A stretch of 64,000 nt of DNA from an uncultured Lentimicrobiaceae bacterium. GTDB taxonomy: Bacteria > Bacteroidota > Bacteroidia > Bacteroidales > WCHB1-69. Both the position numbers and the translations under genes were made by a program. The notes below the pieces were generated by a model. That model saw nothing but the letters and a program-made list of their open reading frames with translations, was not told the DNA's origin and did no database searches. Shown piece after piece: positions 44,071-53,343 of this stretch; the first letter of the stretch is position 1, and each line of letters starts with the position of its first letter. The DNA is taken from assembly GCA_964653595.1 (NCBI GenBank), contig CAZZHH010000003.1, forward strand, positions 37,957 to 101,956, given 5' to 3'.

Positions 44071-44601
44071 CTATTTCAATACTCCCCGATACTGTTCCAT
44101 TTCCTTATAGTAATCACATTCTACAATATGATACATATTTTGTTTGATAAACCCAAGGCAATTGTTTATATCATCATCACTTGCAAGGAATGCGAATATG
44201 TTCCCGTCCGTAGATTCATAATAGCGGCGGTCGTCTGCAAGGTCAAGGAATTCTTTATATACATCGCTGGGCATTTCAACAAGAAACATGTTCCCATTTA
44301 CATGGTGAATGTATTTGACAAATTGACAATTTTCACTTCGCAAATTATCCCCGAACAAACATTCAAAGTATTTAAACAGGAAATATTCGATTAACCTTTT
44401 GTAACTTTTCACATAATCTACTTTCTCCATCATGAAGTCATAGATATCCCCTGCAGGCTTCGTGATTCCGTACCGTTCGCATTCCGTACAAGCCCGACTA
44501 TACAGTTGTGACGTAATGTAATTTGTTGCGCCTTGATTCCTCGTATCTCGTGCGAAAAAGTCAGGGAAATAAACTTGTACTGTGTCTTTCGTGTTGCTCA
44601 T
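44071..44601 (-). CDS. Fam-A paralog (unknown function)
   Basis: Trimmed to ATG 44599-44601 (AAAGAGAGAAC SD); VQVYFPDFFARD...FLVEMPSDVYKEFLDLA; track N-terminus is read from the promoter. Confidence 0.75.
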   Translation of the reverse strand: MSNTKDTVQVYFPDFFARDTRNQGATNYITSQLYSRACTECERYGITKPAGDIYDFMMEKVDYVKSYKRLIEYFLFKYFECLFGDNLRSENCQFVKYIHHVNGNMFLVEMPSDVYKEFLDLADDRRYYESTDGNIFAFLASDDDINNCLGFIKQNMYHIVECDYYKEMEQYRGVLK

Positions 44602-44676
44602 GTTGTTCTCTCTTTCTTTGTGTGTCATATTATACAATTGGCATTCAGATTTATTCACAATATTTAAGAAAAGTTT

Positions 44677-44698
44677 GGGGATTCATTTCTGAATCCCC
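44677..44698 (-). terminator. terminator after 44708..45673
   Basis: GGGGATTCA-GAAA-TGAATCCCC (minus strand). Confidence 0.75.
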
Positions 44699-44707
44699 AT
44701 TCAGAGT

Positions 44708-45673
44708 TTAGGCTACCTGTTCGGTTTCTTGTTTAACTTCCTTGCCTTCCAGTTTGTTTGTGAGATACATAACGTTTTCACTGACACGTTTCATAAGTCT
44801 GCTGACTGCTTTCATAGCCGCTTCAGGTTCTTTATCGTTCCACGAAGTGATGTAATCAAGAACGCCGCTCAAGTCAACCTTATTTTCATAACCCAAGTAA
44901 GCCAACAGGACAGCCGAGCCGAATTCAGCAACCGTTTCACATGTTTTTCTGCATTCGATATCTTTGTGATAGTTTTTAACATGATTCGGATAATTCACTT
45001 CATCGGCGGCATGAATAAGCTCATGAGCGAACACGGTTTCTGTTTTGGCCTTCAGGTAAATAGCGTTAGCTTTTGCGCTATAACCGCCCCAAGCTTCGCC
45101 AAGGTTCCGTGCCGAAACAGTGATATTCAACAGCCTTGCAATTTCCAACAGCGGCGCAGTGTTTTCTCCGTTATAATACTGTTCTACAGATTCGTTCTCT
45201 TCAAGAGGTTTTCCATCCGTTTGAGATACGTCGAATTGCGGTGTAAGCGTGAAACGCATTCCCTTGACAACTTTTTCTTTTTCGCCGTTTTCGTTAATTT
45301 CTTCGTCCAAGATAGGAACAGGCTTAAAAACAAACAAGGCTTTTTCGCCGCTTTTCACATAACGTCCAGCTTTTTTCCATTCATTATAGTTTCTTGCGTC
45401 TGTTGCGCCTTGGGCAATAAGTAACAAGCGATTAAAAACGCTTAATTTATCTTGTGGAAGTTTGGCGATACGGAAAGTCTCATGACAAACACTTTTCACT
45501 AATGTACCATTTTCACACATTTCTTTTAACATGTTAAAAATCTTCGAAGCGCAACCTTGCATTCTAACGGCTTTATCTTCAGCGGCTTTCGGTGTAACGT
45601 TCCAACTTGTCTTGTTGTTATTCCAAGGCATTTTAACCGAATTGCGGTTGTTGCGGCTGTAACTGTTGTTCAT
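44708..45673 (-). CDS. ArdC-like anti-restriction protein (ssDNA-binding N-domain plus HExxH metallopeptidase-like domain)
   Basis: NRLLLIAQGATDARNYNEWKKAGRYVKSGEKALFVFKPV (ArdC-N pattern), VFAHELIHAADE (HExxH) and ETVAEFGSAVLLAYLG. Confidence 0.8.
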   Translation of the reverse strand: MNNSYSRNNRNSVKMPWNNNKTSWNVTPKAAEDKAVRMQGCASKIFNMLKEMCENGTLVKSVCHETFRIAKLPQDKLSVFNRLLLIAQGATDARNYNEWKKAGRYVKSGEKALFVFKPVPILDEEINENGEKEKVVKGMRFTLTPQFDVSQTDGKPLEENESVEQYYNGENTAPLLEIARLLNITVSARNLGEAWGGYSAKANAIYLKAKTETVFAHELIHAADEVNYPNHVKNYHKDIECRKTCETVAEFGSAVLLAYLGYENKVDLSGVLDYITSWNDKEPEAAMKAVSRLMKRVSENVMYLTNKLEGKEVKQETEQVA

Positions 45674-45798
45674 GTTTCTATTTCCCTTCGTTTTGTGTTT
45701 GCTATATATTACAATCGAGATGAGAATTTATTCACAAATTCAGAATTTTTTTCTTTTGTTTCTGCACTGCTTTGATTCTGTTCTCTCTTGTTTCGCCT

Positions 45799-45833
45799 AT
45801 ATATTACAACTCAAGCGGATATTTATTCATGAA
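45799..45833 (-). promoter_or_regulatory. orphan promoter module (no ORF behind it)
   Basis: ATGAATAAATATCCGCTTGAGTTGTAATATATAGG plus SD-like AAGAGAGAAC, then the next promoter (45704-45738) with no ATG between. Confidence 0.5.
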
Positions 45834-45869
45834 TTTTTAACATTTTTTATTCCATATAATAGTTTTACA

Positions 45870-45886
45870 TTTTACGTGGGGGGTAC
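45870..45886 (+). repeat. 17-mer copy
   Basis: TTTTACGTGGGGGGTAC; first of a tandem pair. Confidence 0.6.
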
Positions 45887-45891
45887 CCAAA

Positions 45892-45908
45892 TTTTACGTG
45901 GGGTACAG
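45892..45908 (+). repeat. 17-mer copy
   Basis: TTTTACGTGGGGTACAG. Confidence 0.7.
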
Positions 45909-45930
45909 GTTTTTTTCTGAATAAGAAATT

Positions 45931-45952
45931 GGGGATTCATTTCTGAATCCCC
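45931..45952 (-). terminator. terminator after 45959..46618
   Basis: GGGGATTCA-GAAA-TGAATCCCC. Confidence 0.75.
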
Positions 45953-45958
45953 GTTGTT

Positions 45959-46618
45959 TTACTTCACGATAATTTGAATTGGTTCATGATCCCAAAACTT
46001 ATGGCCTATTGTGAATAAGTCGTTTGCTGGGCAATGCGCTAATTTCATCATGATATTAAACAGGCTTTGCAAACAATCTCTATAAGAGCCTTCTTCACAA
46101 CCGTCGTATGCGAGTCCTGAAATAATTTCAACTTGTTCGGTAAAAACATCCAAGGCTTCCAAATAATGTTTAGTGTGCAAACCATAAGGGAATATGACTT
46201 TTGCTTTTTCACGAGATCCAATACTTATTTCAACGACGTGCGGTTTATTAAATTTGCCCACAATGTAGTTTTCAAGAACATCATCTTCTTTCATTGCTAT
46301 AGCTTCTGCGATAATCTGTATCAAATCTACATGGACAAATACATTTTGCGAAACAGCTTCACGAGAGCAGTTAAACTTTTTCATTGCTTCTTCAAAAATT
46401 CCCAACACGTGGTTTTCATCAATGCATATATCCGCAAGAGGTTGGGTTGATTCAGGTTTTTTATTTCCGTAAGTTATAACATACTTCAACGCCGTATAAA
46501 AATAAGGCAACATTTCATCATGATTAACTCTGTTAAAAATTTTTTCAGCGTCAATTTCAAATTCTCTCAAAAACTGCTCAAGTCTTGTTGTTCCTTCTTT
46601 GAATTCCTGAAGTATCAT
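45959..46618 (-). CDS. hypothetical protein (219 aa)
   Basis: Trimmed to ATG 46616-46618; the MKGIKKM prefix in the track is the SD read as codons. Confidence 0.75.
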   Translation of the reverse strand: MILQEFKEGTTRLEQFLREFEIDAEKIFNRVNHDEMLPYFYTALKYVITYGNKKPESTQPLADICIDENHVLGIFEEAMKKFNCSREAVSQNVFVHVDLIQIIAEAIAMKEDDVLENYIVGKFNKPHVVEISIGSREKAKVIFPYGLHTKHYLEALDVFTEQVEIISGLAYDGCEEGSYRDCLQSLFNIMMKLAHCPANDLFTIGHKFWDHEPIQIIVK

Positions 46619-46711
46619 TTTCTTAATTCCTTTCATTTGGTAATACTTAATACAATTGACGCTACATTTTATTCACTAATTGTTAATTTTTATCCCATGA
46701 ATTATACAGAA

Positions 46712-46729
46712 TTTTGCGTGGGGGTACAG
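46712..46729 (+). repeat. 17-mer copy
   Basis: TTTTGCGTGGGGGTACAG. Confidence 0.6.
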
Positions 46730-46756
46730 GATGTTCTGTTTTGCGTAATATGCTAA

Positions 46757-46783
46757 TAGGCGGGGAATTTTCACCCCCGCCTA
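46757..46783 (-). terminator. terminator ~85 nt after 46868..47158
   Basis: TAGGCGGGG-loop-CCCCGCCTA. Confidence 0.65.
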
Positions 46784-46867
46784 CAAAATTCACAAGTTTA
46801 GTTATATTTGTTACTTTTCACTAATCGTTTAAACACTCTTTAATTTGTCTATATTTAAACAAATTTT

Positions 46868-47158
46868 TCAGATTGTATCACTTTTGTTTTTTCTTTCTTC
46901 TATTTCATTTTTTAACGAAAACAATCGTACAATAGACTGAAGAGTTTGCCTTGCGTTTTTAACTGGTATTTGAGGAAGATATCCTATATTCATACGTTCT
47001 ACTGGTTCAAGGCAATAACTGTCACCTATTTTGACAATGACAAATTCTATACCGATAATTTTGTTTAATATTTTTATATATTCTTTTATCCAGAAATCAT
47101 CTTCCATTTCGTGTTTTTTCTTCATTTCTGCTTTTTGTCTTTTAAGGCTGTCGTCCAT
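46868..47158 (-). CDS. hypothetical protein (96 aa)
   Basis: Own promoter; GAAAGGTTTAG SD. Confidence 0.7.
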   Translation of the reverse strand: MDDSLKRQKAEMKKKHEMEDDFWIKEYIKILNKIIGIEFVIVKIGDSYCLEPVERMNIGYLPQIPVKNARQTLQSIVRLFSLKNEIEERKNKSDTI

Positions 47159-47233
47159 ATTTCTAAACCTTTCATTTTTGTGTTTGCTATATATTACAAT
47201 CGAACAGGTACTTTATTCACAAATTGTTATTTT

Positions 47234-47602
47234 TCATCTAATGTATTCTTCAGGGAAATATTTTCTTACACAATCTTGAGTAAATTTGTATTTTGTTTTT
47301 CCAACAATGGCAACGGTGTTTATTTGCGAATGTACAGCCTGTACGGCATTTGCAACACATGCGATACTGTCAGAACAAAAAGTGAACAACATGGCAATAT
47401 CCACAGGTGTTAAACGTTTTCCGTAAGAATCCGAAGCGTGTCTGTGACGGGTAACCAAATAATAAATGTGGTTTTCGAGAAATTTCTCAGCTTCGCCCTG
47501 TGTCATTCTTGAGAATGTTTCATGCATATTTTCATAGACTTTTGCCTCTGCTTCGTTTCGTACGGAAATTTCTTTCTGTACGCTTTCGAAAAATGTGTTC
47601 AT
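47234..47602 (-). CDS. Fam-J paralog (unknown function)
   Basis: YENMHETFSRMTQGEAEKFLENHIYYLVTRHR block identical in 53344..53706. Confidence 0.75.
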   Translation of the reverse strand: MNTFFESVQKEISVRNEAEAKVYENMHETFSRMTQGEAEKFLENHIYYLVTRHRHASDSYGKRLTPVDIAMLFTFCSDSIACVANAVQAVHSQINTVAIVGKTKYKFTQDCVRKYFPEEYIR

Positions 47603-47674
47603 GATTTTAAACCTTTCATCTTGTGAAGTTACTTATTATTACAATTAGTGCGGATATTTATTCATAAACTTTGA

Positions 47675-48220
47675 TTACTTTGTTGTGTTCAATGCGAATA
47701 TTTCTTTAAGTTCCGATAAAAGATTTATAACCACAGGAAATTCTATACCGTATTCTAAAGGCTGAAACAACTCCGAAATGCCTGTATCTTTATTTAACGC
47801 ACATTCAATAATATTATTTATTAAATATAATGTTATGGTTTGTTTTGATTCTTCAAATCCGTTTAATTCATCTAAATGCTGAAACAACGTTTGATAGTCG
47901 ATAATCCAAGGGGATTCAAGTACATTGCCCACAAAATCAGATTCATGTATATCCATGCCGTCATAATCATCTGGATTCCCTTCATAATCTTTGCAATGTT
48001 TTTCACTGATTTCTTTGAATTTTTTACAAATATCGGCTTTTTCTTCAGGTGTTCCTGTAACGTAATTTTGTTTCATGGATAAAATTTGGTTGCACAAACC
48101 TTCAGGCGTATTTTTATCTTCAAAAAACGCAAGCGCAAAGTTAACTACTTTCATTTCCAGTTTGTTTTGCCCTGTTAAAGCCAAGATATTACGAACATGC
48201 TGTTTCAATACCTGATTCAT
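47675..48220 (-). CDS. hypothetical protein (181 aa)
   Basis: Own promoter; AAAGGAAAT SD. Confidence 0.75.
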   Translation of the reverse strand: MNQVLKQHVRNILALTGQNKLEMKVVNFALAFFEDKNTPEGLCNQILSMKQNYVTGTPEEKADICKKFKEISEKHCKDYEGNPDDYDGMDIHESDFVGNVLESPWIIDYQTLFQHLDELNGFEESKQTITLYLINNIIECALNKDTGISELFQPLEYGIEFPVVINLLSELKEIFALNTTK

Positions 48221-48303
48221 TTTCTTATTTCCTTTGTGAATTTTTCTTGTTTCGTTATTGTATTACAATTGGTGCGGATATTTATTCATGAATTATTATC
48301 ATT

Positions 48304-48762
48304 TTATGCGAATGGAATGTTAAAGACTTTTCTAACTCCACTTAGAATTTTGTCCTGTGCCGCTATGGAATCCATATAATTTAACTTCATAAGTTCTAAT
48401 ACATGACTCACGTGCCAATGAGATATTTCAGAAATCAAAGAAACACTATCGTGCGTATCATGCGACTGAAGTACATTAATCAATATCTCAATAAAACATT
48501 TTTTAATTTTACGCTCTTCGGCGTCCATCATTTCTTTTAATTCCGCAAGAATATTTTTCATGCGGTTTTCAAACTCTGTAGCAATGACCGTATTTTCATC
48601 TTGTGCGAACGGTTTGCAAATCAAATACATATTTGCAAGTTTTCCGATTTTGTTTTGATTAGTGTAGATATCTCTTGCAATATAATATGCTTCAATTTCA
48701 TATTCAGGATGGTTAAACAATTCCCGCTTGAGTTTTTTATTCGCTTCACTCTGTGACTGCAT
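48304..48762 (-). CDS. Fam-K paralog (unknown function)
   Basis: Own promoter and SD; distant paralog of 52142..52618 (N-terminal ..EIEA....R......G......YL..K pattern). Confidence 0.75.
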   Translation of the reverse strand: MQSQSEANKKLKRELFNHPEYEIEAYYIARDIYTNQNKIGKLANMYLICKPFAQDENTVIATEFENRMKNILAELKEMMDAEERKIKKCFIEILINVLQSHDTHDSVSLISEISHWHVSHVLELMKLNYMDSIAAQDKILSGVRKVFNIPFA

Positions 48763-48865
48763 AATATTGATTTTCTTCCTTTCTTTCTTGTGTCACTATA
48801 TTACAGTTGAAGCAGTATTTTATTCACAAATTTTGAATATTTTTATTCCATGTAATTCATGGTCA

Positions 48866-48883
48866 TTTTACGTGGGGATACAT
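48866..48883 (+). repeat. 17-mer copy
   Basis: TTTTACGTGGGGATACAT. Confidence 0.6.
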
Positions 48884-48900
48884 AATTGCATGGAATGCGA

Positions 48901-48926
48901 ATAAGGGGAACTTTCGTTCCCCTTAT
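48901..48926 (-). terminator. terminator after 48928..49374
   Basis: 11-bp stem ATAAGGGGAAC/GTTCCCCTTAT, GAAA loop. Confidence 0.75.
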
Positions 48927-48927
48927 T

Positions 48928-49374
48928 TTATCGAATTTGCATCATTTGGTCAACAATTTTTTGTCGCTTTGCTACATTTGCATGAACCCCAAAACAAGAT
49001 TTTTTAATTGTTTCTTTCTGGTCATCTTCCATGAATTCCATACAAAGAGATATCAGTTTGTTTTCTGCGCTGTATAGCTTCTGCTTCTCGTCGTCCGAAT
49101 GAACATTATCGATCTCACGTTCCGTATCATTAACAGCCTGATTGAAAACATCTTCGTCTTCAATATCATCGAATCTTTCTGGAACGCTTCCATCGTCGTT
49201 TGTAATGCCTTTTTCTTTGATATACTTCACTTCAATCGCTATAACCTGTTGAGTCTTTTCTTTCCACTGTGTTTTAGCGGCATTGTATTCTTTTTGCGCC
49301 TGCAAAATATCAGGAAATACTTTATTAAATTTTTGTTTCATTTCTGGCGATAAATCTTTATCAAAAGTACTCAT
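48928..49374 (-). CDS. hypothetical protein (148 aa)
   Basis: Trimmed to ATG 49372-49374 behind TAAGGAAC SD; track N-terminus is read from the promoter. Confidence 0.7.
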   Translation of the reverse strand: MSTFDKDLSPEMKQKFNKVFPDILQAQKEYNAAKTQWKEKTQQVIAIEVKYIKEKGITNDDGSVPERFDDIEDEDVFNQAVNDTEREIDNVHSDDEKQKLYSAENKLISLCMEFMEDDQKETIKKSCFGVHANVAKRQKIVDQMMQIR

Positions 49375-49460
49375 ATTTAAGTTCCTTATTGTTTTGGTTT
49401 CATGTATTATATACAATTTGAAACAGTTTTTTATTCATGGGTTATTATTTTTTTAAGTCT

Positions 49461-49482
49461 TGGGGATTCTTTCGAATCCCCA
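49461..49482 (-). terminator. terminator after 49491..49709
   Basis: TGGGGATTC-GAAA-GAATCCCCA. Confidence 0.75.
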
Positions 49483-49490
49483 GTTTGTTC

Positions 49491-49709
49491 TTACTTTGCT
49501 CTGCGGACAACTTCAAGAGTCAATCCAATAGCATTATAAAGCTCTTTTTTCGTCATAGGTGCAGTTAGCTCTCTTTCACCTCCGCCAACGCAACTAATAA
49601 CTAACCTGTACCCGCTAAGCGTTTGTGAAATTCCATATTTGCCTTCTGCGGTTTCGGGCAATTGCTTGATAATTCCTTCAAGGTCCTTGTTTGTAATACG
49701 GTCACTCAT
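49491..49709 (-). CDS. Fam-L paralog (72 aa, unknown function)
   Basis: ITNKDLEGIIKQLPE..GKY.....L.G..L......GG aligns with 57256..57477. Confidence 0.7.
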   Translation of the reverse strand: MSDRITNKDLEGIIKQLPETAEGKYGISQTLSGYRLVISCVGGGERELTAPMTKKELYNAIGLTLEVVRRAK

Positions 49710-49786
49710 GTTTCTAAACCTTTCATTTTATGTATTGTTTCGCAATTATACTACAATCAAAGAGAATGTTTATTCACAAATTCTTA

Positions 49787-50416
49787 TTATTTTTTCGGAT
49801 AGACTTGCAAGAAATATTTTGCTGTTTGTCCAGTCGTATCTTCAATGTTTGTAAATTCTATTTCGCTCGGCGTGCGATAAGTAGTTTCGATTTTTCCGTT
49901 TTCTTTTTTCTCACTAATCAATTTACATTTATCAATATTAACATGCAAAGAAATCTCAAAATACCTAACATCTATAACCATAGGTGCATTCAATTCTGTA
50001 GCAAGCTCTTGAAGCCTTTCGAGAATGCGACCTGAATCAATGTATTCACACTGGAAAGAATTATCTGGACTTGTCATTTTCATGCCGTGCGAATCCGTAT
50101 TTTCACAAATAAGGTGATTGAGCATAAATGTTCCTTCATGTGTCGGATAAACAGTTTTTAACTTGCCGCCTTCAATAATGAAACAACCTAACTCAAGCGG
50201 CATAAAATCGTATGCATTTACTTTTTTTAAATTCAAAGACTGAAGATTTTTGTGCAAATTAAAAACCTTTTTAACTTTTTTACGTTCGTCAAAATCAATA
50301 GGCCACATGTACATATTTGTATTCGGTGTAACAAAATAGCCGCCTTGGTAGGTACCTATTTTTCTATCGGTAATATTATACTGATTGTCTTGTTTGATTA
50401 ATGTACATATACTCAT
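49787..50416 (-). CDS. hypothetical protein (209 aa)
   Basis: Own promoter; GAAGGGAAAT SD. Confidence 0.8.
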   Translation of the reverse strand: MSICTLIKQDNQYNITDRKIGTYQGGYFVTPNTNMYMWPIDFDERKKVKKVFNLHKNLQSLNLKKVNAYDFMPLELGCFIIEGGKLKTVYPTHEGTFMLNHLICENTDSHGMKMTSPDNSFQCEYIDSGRILERLQELATELNAPMVIDVRYFEISLHVNIDKCKLISEKKENGKIETTYRTPSEIEFTNIEDTTGQTAKYFLQVYPKK

Positions 50417-50520
50417 GTTTCTATTTCCCTTCGTTTTAGTGTTGCTATATATTACAACCGAGCAAGTACTTTATTCACAAACTCTGAATTTTTTTTCTTA
50501 TAAGCGTTGCTAAAAAAATC

Positions 50521-50538
50521 CTGTACCCCACGCAAAAT
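50521..50538 (-). repeat. 17-mer copy, opposite orientation
   Basis: + strand reads CTGTACCCCACGCAAAAT, followed by TAAGTGAATAAAAA. Confidence 0.7.
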
Positions 50539-50553
50539 TAAGTGAATAAAAAG

Positions 50554-50581
50554 CAGGCGGGGAATTTTCATTCCCCGCCTG
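50554..50581 (-). terminator. terminator after 50587..51117
   Basis: 12-bp stem CAGGCGGGGAAT/ATTCCCCGCCTG, GAAA loop. Confidence 0.8.
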
Positions 50582-50586
50582 AATTG

Positions 50587-51117
50587 CTATTCAATAGCTT
50601 TGTTAAACCTTTCATGAAAATTCATTCTGTACCATTCTTTCGAGCGATTCTTCATTATGTTAATACATTCATCATAAACATCATCAATAACGATTTTACA
50701 GGTTCCGAGCATTCCATTAATCTGAGGGTCTTCTTCATTGTCATAACTAAAATACCCGTCTTCATTCCAACTTTTTCTTGTCAGGTCTTCAAGATTCGAA
50801 TCTTCCATGTACTTTCTTTTATAGATTCGGTTCATTGACTTAAAAATCTGTTCCATTTTTTCCTCAGGGATATCCAAAACTCTAAAAATAATACCCTCAT
50901 AATCGGAGACTCGGATAATTTCATCGGTATCAAAATCGGCGTCTTCAAAGTCGGGTTGTGTTGGTTCGTAATCTTCATCATAATATTCGTCTCTCATGGC
51001 TTCGTTGACACAATCAAAGTTTTCAAACACGTCCTGAGCGGTATTTTCAATGTTTATATTATTATATACCATTGTAGTACCGTTTTCTTTATCAACTACA
51101 CATATAACTAAACTCAT
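50587..51117 (-). CDS. Fam-M paralog (acidic, unknown function)
   Basis: Trimmed to ATG 51115-51117 (GGAG SD); MSLVICVVDKENGTTMVYNN aligns with 55762..56259. Confidence 0.75.
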   Translation of the reverse strand: MSLVICVVDKENGTTMVYNNINIENTAQDVFENFDCVNEAMRDEYYDEDYEPTQPDFEDADFDTDEIIRVSDYEGIIFRVLDIPEEKMEQIFKSMNRIYKRKYMEDSNLEDLTRKSWNEDGYFSYDNEEDPQINGMLGTCKIVIDDVYDECINIMKNRSKEWYRMNFHERFNKAIE

Positions 51118-51159
51118 GGTTCGAACTCCGTTCATTTTATTTTGTTTCTTGTTTCGTAG

Positions 51160-51193
51160 TTATATTACAATTGAGTAGGTACTTTATTCAGAA
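51160..51193 (-). promoter_or_regulatory. promoter module for 50587..51117
   Basis: CTGAATAAAGTACCTACTCAATTGTAATATAAC; typical right-zone copy. Confidence 0.6.
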
Positions 51194-51248
51194 ATTCAGA
51201 ATCTTTTTTTTATAGGTATGTTTTTTAATTCCATATAATAGCTCTACA

Positions 51249-51265
51249 TTTTACGTGGGGTACAG
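51249..51265 (+). repeat. 17-mer copy
   Basis: TTTTACGTGGGGTACAG. Confidence 0.7.
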
Positions 51266-51290
51266 AAAAATTTTTCTGAATAAAAAAATT

Positions 51291-51312
51291 GGGGATTCAT
51301 TTCTGAATCCCC
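51291..51312 (-). terminator. terminator after 51321..51947
   Basis: GGGGATTCA-GAAA-TGAATCCCC; T-rich on both sides. Confidence 0.75.
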
Positions 51313-51320
51313 GTTATTTT

Positions 51321-51947
51321 TTAGTGATTGCGATATACTGTTAGTGATCTGCTTGACTCTTTTATCAATTTCACTTTTACATATTCCCCTCCAAAGTCGC
51401 TCCGATTAATATTTGTCAATGGTGTGTAAAATTCTATCCTATCAAATTTCACAGAATGAAAAGCCATATTGCCAATATTAGAGACGTTATATAGAATACT
51501 CTTAGCATTGTCGCCACAGTCTGTATTAAATTGATTAAAGCAATAACACGCATAGAATGCGAAGTCTCCAATAAATAACACGTTTGGACATTGAATCAGC
51601 GTCACAGAATAACATCCTGAAAAAGCCCCGTTACCAATATTTTTTACAGAAAAGCCGTTTCTAACTTCCAATAAATGTTTACATCCTGCGAATGCGAAGT
51701 CTTCAATGGAAACAACATTCGAGCCGATATAAATATTTGTTAACATCGATCCAGCGAATGCGGCATTTCCGATCTTCGTAACGGTGTAAATTTTATCTCG
51801 GTATTCAATTTTGTTAGGGATAGTAATTGTGTTACAAAATGCGCCACAATATTTATCATAAACAGGCGTACCGCCAACAACTTTAGCTTCCATAGCAATA
51901 TTAATAACATAATTAATGCCGTCAATTGTGACTTGTTCCGAATTCAT
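51321..51947 (-). CDS. BspA-type leucine-rich-repeat protein
   Basis: Trimmed to ATG 51945-51947 (GGAG SD); VTIDGINYVIN...KIGNAAFAGSMLTNIYIGSNVVSIEDFAFAGCKHL. Confidence 0.75.
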   Translation of the reverse strand: MNSEQVTIDGINYVINIAMEAKVVGGTPVYDKYCGAFCNTITIPNKIEYRDKIYTVTKIGNAAFAGSMLTNIYIGSNVVSIEDFAFAGCKHLLEVRNGFSVKNIGNGAFSGCYSVTLIQCPNVLFIGDFAFYACYCFNQFNTDCGDNAKSILYNVSNIGNMAFHSVKFDRIEFYTPLTNINRSDFGGEYVKVKLIKESSRSLTVYRNH

Positions 51948-52075
51948 TTTGTTACTCCATTCATTTTGTATTTTCTTGTTTCGCAATTATACTACAATTG
52001 AGTAGGTACTTTATTCATAAATTCTTAATTTTTTTCTTATAGGTATGTTTTTTAATTCCATATAATAGCTTTACA

Positions 52076-52092
52076 TTTTACGTGGGGTACAT
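52076..52092 (+). repeat. 17-mer copy
   Basis: TTTTACGTGGGGTACAT. Confidence 0.7.
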
Positions 52093-52111
52093 GTTTTGCA
52101 TGGAATGCGAA

Positions 52112-52135
52112 TAAGGGGAACTTTCGTTCCCCTTA
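52112..52135 (-). terminator. terminator after 52142..52618
   Basis: TAAGGGGAAC-GAAA-GTTCCCCTTA. Confidence 0.75.
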
Positions 52136-52141
52136 CATTTA

Positions 52142-52618
52142 TTAATTTTTTAACGCTTTCTCAATTTCCCATGTGGCATTCCGAATTTGACTATTGATAT
52201 TATGCCGTCCGAATGCTGCTCCAAAGGCGTATTGTATGTTATTGCCGTACATGATATCAGCCATGAGTTTAAACGTTTTACAACCTGTTTTTCTATGCAT
52301 AAAATCCATAACATCTATTTGATTCAACACAGATTCATATTGTAATATAGTTTTAAGACTGTTAATCATATACTCAAAATTTTCTGAATTGCCATGTTTA
52401 AATTTTTCCAAATTTTCCAAAACGCCATTACAATATTCTTGCGTATTTTCTTTAGCTTGCTTTTGTGTGATATTGTTTAAAACGACCTTATAGGCAAGAT
52501 AAACTTTTGAAATTAAACCTACTCCATTGTTTGTATCATGAAGTTTCCGCACAAGTTTGCAAGCCTCAATTTCGAGTTGCTTGTTTTCCTGTAATTTATC
52601 CTTGAATTCTTTCTTCAT
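52142..52618 (-). CDS. Fam-K paralog (unknown function)
   Basis: Trimmed to ATG 52616-52618; distant paralog of 48304..48762. Confidence 0.7.
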   Translation of the reverse strand: MKKEFKDKLQENKQLEIEACKLVRKLHDTNNGVGLISKVYLAYKVVLNNITQKQAKENTQEYCNGVLENLEKFKHGNSENFEYMINSLKTILQYESVLNQIDVMDFMHRKTGCKTFKLMADIMYGNNIQYAFGAAFGRHNINSQIRNATWEIEKALKN

Positions 52619-52722
52619 GTTTCTCTTTTCCATTCGTTTTAGTGTTGCTATATATTACACCCAAGTAGATACTTTATTCACAAATTCTTAATTTTTTTAT
52701 CGCTTGTCATGCGAATAAAAAC

Positions 52723-52743
52723 GGGGGCTTTTTCAAGCCCCCC
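52723..52743 (-). terminator. terminator after 52752..53195
   Basis: GGGGGCTT-GAAA-AAGCCCCC. Confidence 0.75.
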
Positions 52744-52751
52744 TCAATTAT

Positions 52752-53195
52752 TTAAAATCTTATATGGAAGTCCTTCAAGTCTTCTTCATCGAATCCTGCA
52801 GTCTCTTTAATGAATTCTTCCACTATTGTAATACCCGCTGTATTCAAGTCATGATAGCAGTCACACAATCCGTCAAAATGTTCGCCTTGTCCATCAAAAA
52901 AGTCTCTCATGCCGCCTGTGTACTTTTGTCCAGTATATTCGATCACAATACTATTATACATTGACGCAATAGTGTAATTGAAAATAATACCAAAGTCTTC
53001 CAAATCACATTGACCATTTTTTTCTATATAACCCTCTAAGGCAATTTCAACGGCTTTATGAGGATCAAAACACAATGACAATTGTTCTATATTAACACTG
53101 TATCTAAAAAGATAATCCTCAAGGCCTTCAGTGGATTTATTTCCAGTATAAACCACTGTAATTTCATCATTAATTTGAAAGCGTTGAACGTTCAT
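52752..53195 (-). CDS. hypothetical protein (147 aa)
   Basis: Own promoter; AAAGGAAAAAG SD; terminator. Confidence 0.75.
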   Translation of the reverse strand: MNVQRFQINDEITVVYTGNKSTEGLEDYLFRYSVNIEQLSLCFDPHKAVEIALEGYIEKNGQCDLEDFGIIFNYTIASMYNSIVIEYTGQKYTGGMRDFFDGQGEHFDGLCDCYHDLNTAGITIVEEFIKETAGFDEEDLKDFHIRF

Positions 53196-53295
53196 ATTCT
53201 TTTTCCTTTATGGTTTATTTTTTTGTTTCGTAGTTATATTACAGTTGAAGCAGTATTTTATTCACAAATTCTTATTTTTTATTTTCAGAAAATCC

Positions 53296-53313
53296 CTGTA
53301 CCACACACAAAAT
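53296..53313 (-). repeat. 17-mer family, degenerate, opposite orientation
   Basis: + strand CTGTACCACACACAAAAT. Confidence 0.45.
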
Positions 53314-53318
53314 GAAAC

Positions 53319-53339
53319 TGGAGTCATTGCTGACTCCAG
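53319..53339 (-). terminator. terminator after 53344..53706
   Basis: CTGGAGTCA-GCAA-TGACTCCAG. Confidence 0.75.
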
Positions 53340-53343
53340 CATT

